NCBI GenBank assembly: GCA_002269645.1
Contig: NIVC01001808.1
Location: 197,069-234,813 of the forward strand
DNA: 37,745 bases
Direction of reading: 5' to 3'
DNA from: Macrostomum lignano
Lineage: Eukaryota
Of this stretch, positions 1 through 11,943 are shown in pieces (position 1 is the first letter of the stretch; each line of letters opens with the position of its first letter). The translations under genes were made by a program, and so were the position numbers. The notes beneath the pieces were generated by a model, which saw nothing but the letters and a program-made list of their open reading frames with translations, was not told the DNA's origin and did no database searches.

Positions 1-33
1 CTGAGGAATGGCTCTGCCTCAAATCTGCCTCAC

Positions 34-275
34 CTGCTTGGACTCTAGGAAGCTAAGCGCAGTTCTGACATTGCTGAGGCAATGCACCCGCTGCATATTG
101 CCCCGGTTCTCCTTCTGCAGCTTGTTGCCAGACAGGACCTCCAGCAGTAGTAGCAGCCTGGTGCCATCCTTGATCTCCGTGAACAGATCGCTGATCTTGC
201 AGGGCGGCTGGCAAGTGATGAGATAGGTGTTAATCCAGTTGGTGAATGTCTTCTTCTGAACTCGTTCCTGCTCAT
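34..275 (-). CDS. SYNE1: Nesprin-1/Msp-300-like protein, exon encoding the first calponin-homology (actin-binding) domain; the gene continues off the left edge
   Basis: Translation (D)EQERVQKKTFTNWINTYL...DLFTEIKDGTRLLLLLEVLSG...HCLSNVRTALSFLESKQ is a nesprin/Msp-300-type CH1. Acceptor ttccag| at 276 (phase 1), donor |gtgagg at 33 (phase 0). Confidence 0.9.
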
Positions 276-1150
276 CTGGAATGATTTTGGGTGTTGGCAG
301 AATTGGAGGACATGCCACATTAAATTTGCAATTGAGTATAAGTTGATACCTCTTAAACTCTTCACATTGGTCATAAGGCTTGATCGCCTCATGTCTGAGC
401 AGCTGAGCTGGGCCTTTCTTTAGGCCCTTCAAGTCAATAAATAGGCAAATTAATTGGGAAAATTGTGTCTTTAAAGTGCCTGATAAGCTGTTGCTTGGAG
501 ATTCGAATTCCAAGAAAATGTTAGACAAATAAAATCCGGAGAGAGGGCGAGAAACCGCTACCGAAGCTCGGGGGCCTCTCGGTGTCGCTTACTCTAATTC
601 AATAACAACAAAAGTTTTAATAGCAAGCGAGGGGGAGGGTGCAAAGCAAAAGAAGACAAGACGGTCCATCCAGTGAGCAGCTCGGCCGCAGTGCAGCCAC
701 CCCATAGTAGAAAAGGCAACAAACTGTCAAATAAAATGCCGCAAACCCGTCTATTTATTCATTTGTGCAGAGTACCTGAGTGGATAGAGATTCGGGTCAG
801 GGCGAAAGAGCAAAGCGAATTGCTGGGGAAGGTTGGCTCACCCTTAACATCACAAATTCTAATTCGATATTCATTAGGGCAGTCTTCATTACACTTCGAA
901 CTTAATACAAAGTATATTCTTTCATCATTTAAGCATACTTTTTAATACAAAACTTACATTTCTTCAGAAAATGTTTATCTATAATTCACTAGTCGAAAAG
1001 GTCACTCGGTGCACACTCTTCGAGTCATCAGAGAGGCTAAGGGGATTACATAATCAAATTTTACATTCTGACACTTTTTAGTAGGGTCTATAAGACCTTA
1101 AGCTTATGTATTTAATAGAGTCGAAAAATCCTGCCGATGAACCTTCTTAC

Positions 1151-1685
1151 ACCGGAAAATAACAATAGCTGCATCGATCACATCCGTGATGTCGACTCCG
1201 TCTGCATCCGAACTGTTGGCTGCAACCTCTGAGGCATTCTCTGACGTCGTTACTTTAGGGACAGCCTTGCTAACCGGTGTCATTGGTTGCAGCTTGACCT
1301 GCGACATCGCCAATGACGGTCGAAGAATCCACTGAGACTCTGCCCGATGTTTGCCCTCATCGGCATCGGCTACCGCAGGACTCGCGTCTTCGGGGAAGTC
1401 AAACAGCTCCAAAGCGATGGAGTCAGAATCGGCAAGAGATTCCTGCGAACGTTGCGTCAGCAGCTCCTGGCTGTGATCTGACTCTTGGCGATGCTGCCGC
1501 CGAGTGTCGTCCCACGCGAAGGCATTGAGCCAGCTGGCCTGGAACAGGGCCAGCCCGGTGCGGCCATCCGCAGACCGACCCAGGACTCTGCTGACGGGGG
1601 CATTTGACTCAGCGGGCTCGGCAACGGGCTCAGCGAGCGATCTACTTCGCGGACGTTGGCGCTCATGTCTGTGTTGTTGCGTCAT
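1151..1685 (-). CDS. Candidate alternative first coding exon A of the nesprin-like gene (178 codons, MTQQH...VIDAAIVIFR)
   Basis: ATG at 1685 with an in-frame stop shortly upstream. Ends CGG T|gtaaga (phase 1), joining the CH1 exon in frame as ...IFR-Y-EQERVQKK. Confidence 0.65.
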
Positions 1686-2079
1686 TTCCTCTTTTGCGGC
1701 ATAGAATTTTGCCTTCCGGACTCAGAAGCCTTCAACCATTGACTACGACTCACACGAACGCCTCTTCAGTTCTTTCCCTTTCTCTTCACTGCATGTCTCT
1801 TTCTCAGTTCTAACGCGCGCTTTCATTCTAATTCTGCGGCAGTCCGGTACACGGTTTTTGGACAGTGTGGGTGTACGGTATAAGGATTGTGACGTGCTCA
1901 CCAAATGCTGCATAATTAATCCTCGATGCACTTGATGAGTTTGGAAGTGACTGACCGCATGGCTGGCTTTGCCAGGCGGTGAATCAGAGGCGGGTGAATA
2001 AATACGTAAGGAAGACAGCAGGGCCGAAAAAGTCCCAACTAGTAGCAGTTCTGCTCGAAATCCCAAATCTTTTTCTCAC

Positions 2080-2212
2080 CTTTAAAGCCGAGAATTCTCT
2101 CCCCGAAAATGCTCCGTCTGGGCTCTGCACTGGTGCAGCTCTGGCTAGCTGCTGCATCTTGAGATTCAGGCGATTCTTTGCCAATTGAACTGTTAGCTTC
2201 ATTGTCTGCCAT
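2080..2212 (-). CDS. Candidate alternative first coding exon B of the nesprin-like gene (MADNEANSS...RILGFK)
   Basis: ATG at 2212. Ends AAA G|gtgaga (phase 1), giving ...GFK-D-EQERV. Confidence 0.6.
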
Positions 2213-2642
2213 GCTTTCACCAGTCAATTGTATGGTACGTTGTATAAGTATAGCTAGTACTAGGCCCCTTGTACTCAGTCGCTTTGCTGAGACGTCGTTT
2301 CTTTTTAATTTTTTATTTAACCCTACTATTTTATATACATTCTTTTGGCTTTCCACTCACCGAAAGGTCTAGTTTGGATCAGAAATCTATAGATAAGGTG
2401 CAATCTTGCTAACTAACTACTTAACGAGCTATCTACACTGCACGTGTCAATTTCAGCCATGAATTTTCCTGCGTTTTTAATTGAACCTCCGTTTCGGCTA
2501 AAACAGCATGTCGCTCATACACGGAGACAGGTCGAACTATGTACTATTAATCTGGCTGTCATAGAAGTCAGTTTAAATTTAGAATTTGCAGCAATGCCCT
2601 CTAATGGAGACATGCAGTTGAACAACTGTTGCCCGGTCTCAC

Positions 2643-2868
2643 CTCGGTAGAAGAGCGCCCGGGCCTCAACAAGGCTGGTGCTGCCCTCTTGCTGCTGCTT
2701 AGCCAGCCAGTGAGGCTGCATGGCAGGTGTGTCCGGGATCAAGCTTGAGCTGGTATCGATCGCTATTTTACTCCCCAATGAGTGGCGGAGTGCTTGACTT
2801 TTGCTTGACAAGGCACTGTCAGGCAACACCGAACTAACGGAGCCAGAAATTAGGCACACCTGTGTCAT
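2643..2868 (-). CDS. Candidate alternative first coding exon C of the nesprin-like gene (MTQVCLIS...ARALFYR)
   Basis: ATG at 2868 with TAA two codons upstream. Ends CGA G|gtgaga (phase 1), giving ...LFYR-D-EQERV. Confidence 0.6.
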
Positions 2869-2979
2869 AGCTTACACACGTTGGCAATATAAACGCCACA
2901 GCAGATGTGCCAAAAGCTTGGCAAGTTGATTTGCAATTCTGATTTTCTTCCTTCGTTTAGCAACCGCAGTCACTGCTCG

Positions 2980-2982
<3 letters not shown>

Positions 2983-3012
<30 letters not shown>
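2983..3012. repeat. (TC)15 microsatellite
   Basis: Read directly from the sequence. Lies about 115 nt upstream of candidate exon C. Confidence 0.95.
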
Positions 3013-3015
<3 letters not shown>

Positions 3016-3684
3016 CCAAACCAAAATGCCCAGGTCTCTATATCTCAGCTCTCTGTCAGTTCATGGCCGCCCCGATCTCAGCTGTTGAAAGCAATTATGC
3101 GCCAGCTCAGTTTGGGGAGGCGGCTGAGAGATGCGGCCGGAAGTATAAACTGGGTGGGTGAATGGGTCGCTATGCAGTCGCCCGGTTGAAAGCGGCTTTC
3201 GCAGGAAGATTGAGAGAGAGAGAGAGGGGGGGACGAGATGAAGAAGAGGTGATCCAGTTTCATTGGCAGTTCAGCATCTCCTGCTTAGTGCAGAGTTTGC
3301 CAGAACCGAAGTAACAGGGTTGATGAATCCCATATACAAAAAATAAAGCGGGATAGGGTATAGAATACATTGATCTCTTTACCTATCTCTAGCCTCTTGC
3401 TCGTAACTAAGGTACTTCTTCAATCGTTTCGTATCGAGCATAAAATTGGCCTTAAAAAGGCTACTAAAAAATGATGCCTTTTTACACAATGAATGAGAGC
3501 TTAAGCACGGCAATTTCAAATTCGCGAGCCAAATTGCAGGCTCATTAATGTCGGGAGAGTGCATCGCTATCATTCAACACTGCAGTCTCACTAGCTGATT
3601 GGCTCCACCCAGTCTGTCTGAACTGATCTTCTGCTTAGAAGCGCTCAAGCTACTTTAAAGTGGACTCCAAAATCTTCTGAACTA

Positions 3685-5312
3685 CCCAAATCCTTCCCAA
3701 TATACCAAATCCTTCAAAATATACCAAATCCTTCACAATATACCAAATCCTTCAAAATATACCAAATCCTTCACAATATACCAAATCCTTCCCAATATAC
3801 CAAATCCTTCCCAATATACCAAATCTTTCACAATATACCAAATCCTTCAAAATATACAAAATCCTTCACAATATACAAAATCCTTCACAATATACAAAAT
3901 CCTTCACAATATACAAAATCCTTCACAATATACAAAATCCTTCATAATATACCAAATCCTTCACAATATACCAAATCCTTCACAATATACAAAATCCTTC
4001 ACAATATACCAAATCCTTCACAATATACAAAATCCTTCACAATATAAAAAATCCTTCACAATATACCAAATCCTTCACAATATACCAAATCCTTCACAAT
4101 ATACAAAATCCTTCACAATATACAAAATCCTTCACAATATACAAAATCCTTCACAATATACAAAATCCTTCACAATATACCAAATCCTTCACAATATACA
4201 AAATCCTTCACAATATACCAAATCTTTCACAATATACCAAATCCTTCACAATATACCAAATCCTTCAAAATATACCAAATCCTTCACAATATACCAAATC
4301 CTTCACAATATACCAAATCCTTCCCAATATACCAAATCTTTCACAATATACCAAATCCTTCAAAATATACAAAATCCTTCACAATATACCAAATCCTTCA
4401 CAATATACAAAATCCTTCACAATATACCAAATCCTTCCCAATATACCAAATCCTTCCCAATATACCAAATCTTTCACAATATACCAAATCCTTCCCAATA
4501 TACCAAATCCTTCAAAATATACCAAATCCTTCACAATATACCAAATCCTTCAAAATATACCAAATCCTTCACAATATACCAAATCCTTCCCAATATACCA
4601 AATCCTTCCCAATATACCAAATCTTTCACAATATACCAAATCCTTCAAAATATACAAAATCCTTCACAATATACAAAATCCTTCACAATATAAAAAATCC
4701 TTCACAATATACAAAATCCTTCCCAATATACCAAATCCTTCCCAATATACCAAATCTTTCACAATATACCAAATCCTTCAAAATATACAAAATCCTTCAC
4801 AATATACAAAATCTTTCACAATATACCAAATCTTTCACAATATACCAAATCCTTCACAATATACAAAATCTTTCACAATATACCAAATCTTTCACAATAT
4901 ACCAAATCCTTCAAAATGTACCAAATCCTTCACAATATACCAAATCCTTCAAAATATACAAAATCCTTCACAATATACCAAATCCTTCACAATATACAAA
5001 ATCCTTCACAATATACAAAATCCTTCACAATATACCAAATCCTTCACAATATACCAAATCCTGCACAATATACCAAATCCTTCACAATATACAAAATCCT
5101 TCACAATATACCAAATCCTTCACAATATACCAAATCTTTCACAATATACCAAATCTTTCACAATATACCAAATCCTTCACAATATACCAAATCTTTCACA
5201 ATATACCAAATCTTTCACAATATACCAAATCCTTCAAAATATACTAAATCCTTCAAAATGTACCAAATCCTTCACAATATACCAAATCCTTCAAAATATA
5301 CCAAATCTTTCA
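3685..5312. repeat. 19-bp minisatellite, consensus CCAAATCCTTCACAATATA, about 85 copies
   Basis: Period of 19 read directly. Variant units include CCC/AAA/TTT substitutions. The + strand is almost devoid of G. Confidence 0.97.
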
Positions 5313-5853
5313 GATTCCTAAACCTGATGAGGCTGCCAAAAAGCCAGAAAAAGTAAGCTAAGGACGCTTTTTGCTTCCGTCTCCCAAGTTTCATACACCC
5401 CATTCAGCTATTTCTCTTTTTTATATGCTTTTGTCTCGCAAACTTCTGTCTCTGGATCCTGCCGATTCCATGCAAGGAACTTGCAGCATCTCATGAAAAG
5501 GACGGGTATTGGTATAGAATTTCATGCGCATCATTGATAAACTGGTAATGGCGACGCCTTCTCTTTCCTTTCCTTAGCGAAAAATTGCCATCCGTCTTCT
5601 CTCCGTTCAGGCTCAACACAAAATCTAAAGCCGTAGCTGGATAACTCAGCCCTCGATTCTGCGCTATACGACTCCTCCCAATAACAAGGTGGAGCTGACA
5701 GCCATCTTACAGCACCCTTTAAATCTTCTAAAGCATAAACCAAGAATATTAATTTAGTTCTGCAGTTCAATACAAAGTTATAGTGTGTAAAATAGTAAAC
5801 ACCAGATGCCCCCCGCCCGCTTTATTGAGTCAGTAGACTCAATGGGTCGCTAT

Positions 5854-6005
5854 CATAAACCCGAAAAATCACAACTCCGAAAGCACTTCCCATCACAAAC
5901 CCGAAATATCATAACTCCCGAAAACCAAAATAGCATTGCCCAATCATAAATTCCCGAAATACCACAAACCCGAGATATCACAAGCCCGAAATATCATAAC
6001 TTCGA
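5854..6005. repeat. Degenerate short tandem repeat (approximately ATCAYAAACCCGAAA units)
   Basis: The motif CCCGAAA flanked by ATCA(C/T)AA recurs several times. Confidence 0.6.
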
Positions 6006-6171
6006 AAGTTCTAGCAATGTCCAACATTATTTTGTTTTTCGGAGTTGATAAGTCGGGTTTATGATTACACATACACATACAATAGCCACCTTCAGAGCAA
6101 ATTGACGGATGTAAAGGTCGGCAAACTCCGCTAGTACAATTCGAGACGCTCAAGTTGGTGCAGTGTCACTT

Positions 6172-6340
6172 GCTCCTCCCTCCTCTGTCCTCCCGAACTT
6201 TCTTAATCTTTATTTTCCATTCACTCCTCTCCTTCTCCTCTCCTCCCTCTTCTCTTCTCCTCTCCCTTCTCCTCTCCTCTTCTCTCACTTCTCTCTTCTC
6301 TCCTCTATTCTCCCTTCTCTTCTCTATCATCATCTCTCAC
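6172..6340. repeat. CT-rich low-complexity polypyrimidine tract
   Basis: Almost pure C/T (CTCCT/TTCTC units) on the + strand. Confidence 0.85.
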
Positions 6341-6496
6341 CTCTAATCTGTTTTCCTACATACTCTGACTGCCAGCGCTGACCAGCAGCCATAAGCTGAA
6401 TTATCTGCCTCTTAGCCCTTAAGGTTCAAATGGTTGCCGACCCACAGAACTAGGATACAGAGAATGTTGTCTCGGTCTCAACTAAATAAAACTCAC

Positions 6497-6530
6497 TCTT
6501 AAGCTTCCAGACAGTCAGCCCGATGTTCAT
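6497..6530 (-). CDS. Candidate alternative first coding exon D of the nesprin-like gene (MNIGLTVWKLK)
   Basis: ATG at 6530, in-frame TGA upstream. Ends AAG A|gtgagt (phase 1), giving ...KLK-N-EQERV. Short, so chance is harder to exclude. Confidence 0.4.
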
Positions 6531-7480
6531 CCTTGCAAAGGCTGCCCGAATTCGATGACCGACGTTGTTAGCCGCTCATCCAGCCAGGCTGCACTTCCCG
6601 CTCAACCGGTGGGACTTCCGGGATGGCGGATAACTCAATAAATGAACTGCAGAAGCAATAGCATCCCAGAGCGTCTATAACTTCATTTCAATGGTTCTTT
6701 CGCTTTGCCTTTCCTTTGCTATCAAAGCGAGTAAGCTGAGGTGCGCTGAGCCGAGCGTGCGGGATGATGGGATTGGTTAGGATTGATGAGGAAGGAAGAT
6801 GCGCTAAACCAAGGCGTTTTTCATTGACTGAAGAGCAGCGGGGATGCTGAGCAATGCATCATCCTCAGCTAGAGGGGAGGGGATTGTAAAAAAACAATCA
6901 AATAGGAAACGGGAGAGCTGGATTTTTGTTTCGATTGCTTCCAAAAAGAATGCACGTTATTGTCCCCTTGCCGGCAACCACCATGCCTTATTGGATGGGA
7001 CTGCAGAGGCTGTTGAGAACCAGGAAACGGCAGGTGTACGCGAGGATTTTTCATCCTCAGCGTGACCTGAGCTGCACTAGGCATGCGTAGGCAGGGGATC
7101 CACCTCATGCCTCAGTTGTCATACGGCTAATTATTCTAAACAATGCAACACCCAATGCAAATGTCATAAAGTTGCAGTAAAAATATTTTCCATATACAGT
7201 TTCATGGGCGTCCACTGTAGCCTATCTTTTTACGGCGTAATGCCATTGGATCGTAAAAATGGGAAAAAGGAAGTTCTGGTCTGAAAGCATGCTGTCGGAG
7301 TGATTGGCGAAGTGAATCAATTCAAAAGAAGTTGAAAACCCCAGTGAAAAACAACAAATTGACTGAATAACTGCCTGCAATTTTTCTAGAGTCTCCGGTC
7401 TGAGTAATATAACTGCTCGATGCAAAATTATACCTATTTTAGTTGCTACGGGCAAACTTGGTTACGCTTCGTCGCCTCAC

Positions 7481-7616
7481 CACGAAGTGAATTTCTCACG
7501 CCGTCGCGACTTTTGATGTCAACTCTGCCGCGACCTGCCGCTTGTGGCGGCTGCACCAGCGCTGATGCTCGGCGCCTTTGATGACTCAAAGCCGCATCCG
7601 TCGCCTCGGCAGCCAT
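7481..7616 (-). CDS. Candidate alternative first coding exon E of the nesprin-like gene (MAAEATDAALS...GVRNSLR)
   Basis: TAG TCG ATG G start context, 45 GC-rich codons. Ends CGT G|gtgagg (phase 1), giving ...SLR-D-EQERV. Too short to appear in the ORF track. Confidence 0.55.
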
Positions 7617-8326
7617 CGACTATTCTAGCCGCGCTGCGGGTTTAGCTCCTTGACGCCAAATTTTTTTTCTACTTTGGCAGGATTCGCCTAGTTGCCCCGG
7701 GAGTTGAGACTGGCAGCAGCAGGCCTTGGCTTGGCTGTCTTGAGTCCAGGTGGAAATAATATGAGGAGAGTGGGCTAGATGGAAGTTAGGATGCACTATA
7801 GAAGTCAGCTTTAGCCGAGCGCAAGCGCCCACATGTACGAATGCGCCTAGAGCGGCGCAGCTCATGGTAGTTGAACAGTGAATTGTTTGCTAAGCCCGTC
7901 ATTTGCTTACATTCGCCCGTTCTCTCTTTGTCACTCTCGCTTGGTTTACTCACTCAAAGCATTTCGAGCACACAGTCACGTCGAATATGCTGGCAGCGCA
8001 GCTTTCTATACTTGTTAAGCAAGAGGAAAACTTGTTAAACCAACTATTTTGCTACGATCGTTGTAAGCCAGACGCAGAGAATGTCAAAGGGACAATCAAG
8101 CAGTCTTCTTTATTTCTTCGTTTGAAATACTCGTAATTATGACAAGTCGTTTTTATTTGAGGGGGTCGACTTTACTAAGGTAAAGTGCCGTCTATGTATA
8201 TATACAGTAAAGTGTAGGAGTATTGCTTGAAGAGCAGTGGAAACGCATTATTGGGTGGTATGCTGCCTGCGAACGTATTTATTACTTATAACAAGCGACA
8301 TTAAGAGGTCATTTTTACAAACTTAC

Positions 8327-8579
8327 TATTGAACATTTTACGCTCGTATTTTGTATAAAAATTATCTACGTGTACACAGGAAAAGGGAAGTTGAGCCATA
8401 GAATTTTGCCTGAAATATTGCAAAGCACACTTGTAACACAGTAGTCCCAGTAAGGTTTCCGAACATGAAAACCATGCAGAAACACTCAGACTCAATACTG
8501 AAAAACTTTTAGCATCTGCAGTCATGAATAATCCACTCGGCGGATTTTCTTTTGGTACGTTGGACGTGCTGTCTCGCAT
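8327..8579 (-). CDS. Candidate alternative first coding exon F of the nesprin-like gene (MRDSTSNV...YERKMFN)
   Basis: ATG at 8579, in-frame TAA upstream. Ends AAT A|gtaagt (consensus donor, phase 1). Confidence 0.45.
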
Positions 8580-8720
8580 CAGAAGCCGGTGAGAGAGTTG
8601 ATAACGTACTTAGAGCTTACATGCATAAGGCTTATTTAATTCTTAAAAGCACATTCTCGGGAGTCAGTTGGGTTGATCTTCTAATTAGAACGGCCAACAG
8701 AAATTGTGAAAATCACCTAC

Positions 8721-9110
8721 ATGCGTCCAAAAAATCAATATAACTACTGCTCCTTCACCCACAGCACGTTCAAAATAGAAAAAAACGTGTCTCAACAACG
8801 GATCGAGCTTGTTGTGTCATTCTGCATCAGGAATGAGAAAAACTTTGAAATATATCGCATGCTCCGTGAGCACATGCTTCTGAGCGACTTCTACATTAAC
8901 ATGGAATCCAAGATGGACCTGTGGTACGCTTTCGAAATCGAGATGAACGGCACGCTAATATTTTCTGCCATCGAACTGCCTGACGGGTACAGGGACAACC
9001 TGAACCTGCAAGTTCTGGTCCGAGAGCTGACTTTTGTCATTGACGAGTACAAGAGAAGCAACCAGATCGTTCATATGAAGTATAGCCTCAATAAATGCAC
9101 CCTGCTCTGA
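8721..9110 (+). CDS. Orphan ORF, 129 aa (MRPKNQYNYCSF...NKCTLL), unknown function; possibly exon 1 of a small spliced gene extending to 10536
   Basis: Non-repetitive ORF with many C/G-ending codons (TTC TAC ATT AAC ATG GAA TCC AAG ATG GAC CTG TGG TAC) in an AT-rich neighbourhood. No family recognised. Confidence 0.5.
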   Translation: MRPKNQYNYCSFTHSTFKIEKNVSQQRIELVVSFCIRNEKNFEIYRMLREHMLLSDFYINMESKMDLWYAFEIEMNGTLIFSAIELPDGYRDNLNLQVLVRELTFVIDEYKRSNQIVHMKYSLNKCTLL

Positions 9111-9436
9111 CTATACTTCGATAACCTCCCCTCATTGCCTTAAATTTTGCAATAGCTTGTTAACATTGATTAAACATCGTTAGATAAATTAGCACCTTAC
9201 CAGTTACATGTACGTGTACAGGTATATGCGCATGCTACTTAAAATTGCTGTTAATAAATTCAATACCACAGAGCCGAGATGATAGATTTTGGTATGATAC
9301 ATTTTGAAAACAAAAATACTTCTTTATTAAGAAGTTTAAAGTTGCATGTATTGCATTACTAATTACGAACGAGCTATGTATTAGTAACTAGTAATTATTA
9401 ATTTTTATATTTCTCATACTAATTTAACTCAAGGAC

Positions 9437-10062
9437 CACTGTATTGTAACAGGACGTAAACTCAAAGATCGTGTAGGTTTTAGGAGGCCAATTTCCTAAA
9501 AAAATAACACTGGAGAAGATAAGAAATTTTTTTCATCTCAAAATCAATGATTGCATTTAATCTGGGGCAGAGTAGATTACCATTCTTTTAATTAAGCATG
9601 CTTAATTAACATGTTACTCTATATATATTATATGGTTGTTGAGTTGAAGTTTCATTTTTACATTGTTTTATTTTATTTCGTAATCCCAGAGTTTGGAACT
9701 ACTCACAAGTGGTATTAGCTGAACTTTTAGTTTTTTTTCCTTCTTGAATCAAGTATTATTGTAATAAAATGTTGCATGCAGGTAATCGTAAAACCATTAA
9801 TGTCGATATTGTTTCATCAAGGCGTAGCTATACTGTCTAAATGCGTCTAAATAATAAAATGCAGACAATGTTTATTTACTAATAGCTACCATTTCCCATA
9901 TTAAATTGTTGTTGACCTATAGTCATTATGAAGCTATCATTTTTTAGGCCAAGACCCAACTTACGGTTAAGATCGTACCTGCATGCATGCAGTGAAATCC
10001 AGGAAATTAGCCCCCAAAAATACTCGATCTTTGATTTTTACGTCCTACGTTACACTGCATGA
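9437..10062. mobile_element. Degenerate MITE-like element with imperfect terminal inverted repeats
   Basis: Left GTAAC--AGGACGTAAACTCAAAGATCG (about 9446-9471) is inversely repeated by CGATCTTTGATTTTTACGTCCTACGTTAC (10025-10053). Similarity continues inward (GCCAATTTCCT / AGGAAATTAGC). Termini and TSD uncertain. Confidence 0.45.
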
Positions 10063-11943
10063 CCATTACTTAATATCCTAGCTAATATAAATTTACAAAT
10101 ACTGAAATGCTGAGACGTTTAGATGGAGTTGAGATACTGATACTTCTAGACTTGACACCATGAATCAATCTAGCTCTAGATTATTCTTATTCCTGAGGCA
10201 CCCGTTTTTGATACCCGGTATTTACCCCAGTTCCCCAGTTTACTATTCGGTTTTTCCAGCTAAAAACTGTTAAAATTAAACGGTAATAAAATTGTTTAAA
10301 ATCCACAACACTAAGACTTAAACTAACTATTTTTTTAAACAAAAACTAACGTTGACTACTTATTCATTTTTGTTTAGTTGATTATCGTATTATTTTTTAC
10401 TTTAAAAAGAAGTCTCTCGTTTAAAATTGCAGATAAACTGCCGCCGATCCAATTAACAGCACTGGCCAGCCGACTTAACTTCCTCGAAGAAATAAACATG
10501 AGACAAAAAGTAAAGAGATTTTTTAGAAAGAATTGAGATATTGATAGTGATAATGATACTTAGCATATAACTAATATGCAATATAATGAAGTGTATAGGC
10601 CGGAAGTGATACAATACAAACAAAAGCAAAACCAATAAAGTTTTAATTTATATATATATGCATAGGCCCCTAAATGAGTTGATAAGTTGATTTTGATTGA
10701 TTTACATTGATTGATTGAAACTAATCAAATTTGAAATTGATTAAGAGATTGCAGATATCCCAAGATTGCTATCCCTAGTTTTTGCCATGGAAGATTCCCA
10801 GTTTCATTATTTTTATAATTGTAGGCCTATCTCATATTTAATCATTTGTACATCTAGGAAACTATTGGGTTACATGTGTAGGCCTTTTGTCTGGTATCCA
10901 ATAAATCTTAGCAATAGGACATTCCAGCAAAAATCTGGCAGCATTAAAAGCATTGTCATAATTGTCACAATTGTTATGTCATAGGACATAGGCCTAGGCC
11001 AATGTCTAAAAACCATTAAAATGACATAGCTCAGCTCACTAGTTTATGAATCTATTTTATCTGTGCACTGAAATAGCTTCACATAGTGACATTATTGTAC
11101 TGTATTGAGAAATTTACCAGTTGACAAATTAACCTATTGACAAATTTACTATGCAACTAGGCCAGTTGTAGAGCCTGACCAAGATTCTAATTGCAATCCC
11201 AACTTGGTTGGGACCTGGGTATTTTTTTCAGATTCCTGACCATGTCAAGAGTAAATGTTAGGAGTTAGGAAAAGTTGGGCAGGATTAATAAAAAGTTTTT
11301 ACATTTTAAGTATACTAGGGCCTATAAATATCATTTAGAAGTGAGTATGAAAAGACTAAATAAGGCAAATATACTAAATTGATTTTTTAAATGTTTATTT
11401 AGTTTGAGGTTTGGTTATTCTAATTTCCTAGAAAATGGTCACTTGAATAAATGAATTAACTTATTCAAACAAAAAGTAATTGAAAAGCAAGATTTTGTGC
11501 TAAAGGTGTTATTTGAAAATTTATAGGCTTAATTATTGGAAGTACTAACAAAAAAAGTTTAATACAAAAAATATATCAATAGTCAAATAGAGCAAGGTTG
11601 AGGTTTGAAATTTACTAACTATTAAATTTTCATTCTATTTGACTACTTAATAAAACTCAACTTGAATACTGAGCTCAAATCTCAAAGTTTAGTCAAGTAC
11701 TAAACTTAACCAAAACCTGAGTTTGTCTAGGCTTTACACTCAATAGTATTAACTTATACTAAACTAAAAGTTAGACTAATAGAATATAGTGGGAGCAATA
11801 TCATGATTACTAATACTAATTGATATACATGCCAACTATTATAAATACATCCTTAGCCATCCTATATCTAAATACGAGGGTTGTGTTATAAATTCACTGA
11901 CAACTACAAACTGCAAACAAACAAGAAACAAAATAAAGAACAG

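Noticed and set aside
2361-2460. Strong minus-strand donor (TTCG|gtgagt at 2360) as a seventh nesprin first exon
   Set aside because: No ATG in the phase-1 frame before an upstream stop. At most a non-coding 5' exon.
4916-5356. 146-aa ORF (YQILHNIPNPSQYTKSFTI repeats)
   Set aside because: Translation of a G-poor 19-bp minisatellite, which is nearly stop-free because of its composition.
5315-5637. Possible nested plus-strand mini-exons (IPKPDEAAKKPEK at about 5314-5352 with a gtaagc donor, HLMKRT, AKNCHP...)
   Set aside because: Phases can be chained, but there is no start exon or recognisable product, and the first acceptor is just the end of the repeat array. Needs RNA evidence.
5711-5756. 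Minus-strand gtaaga donor at 5710
   Set aside because: The phase-1 frame has no ATG before a TAA.
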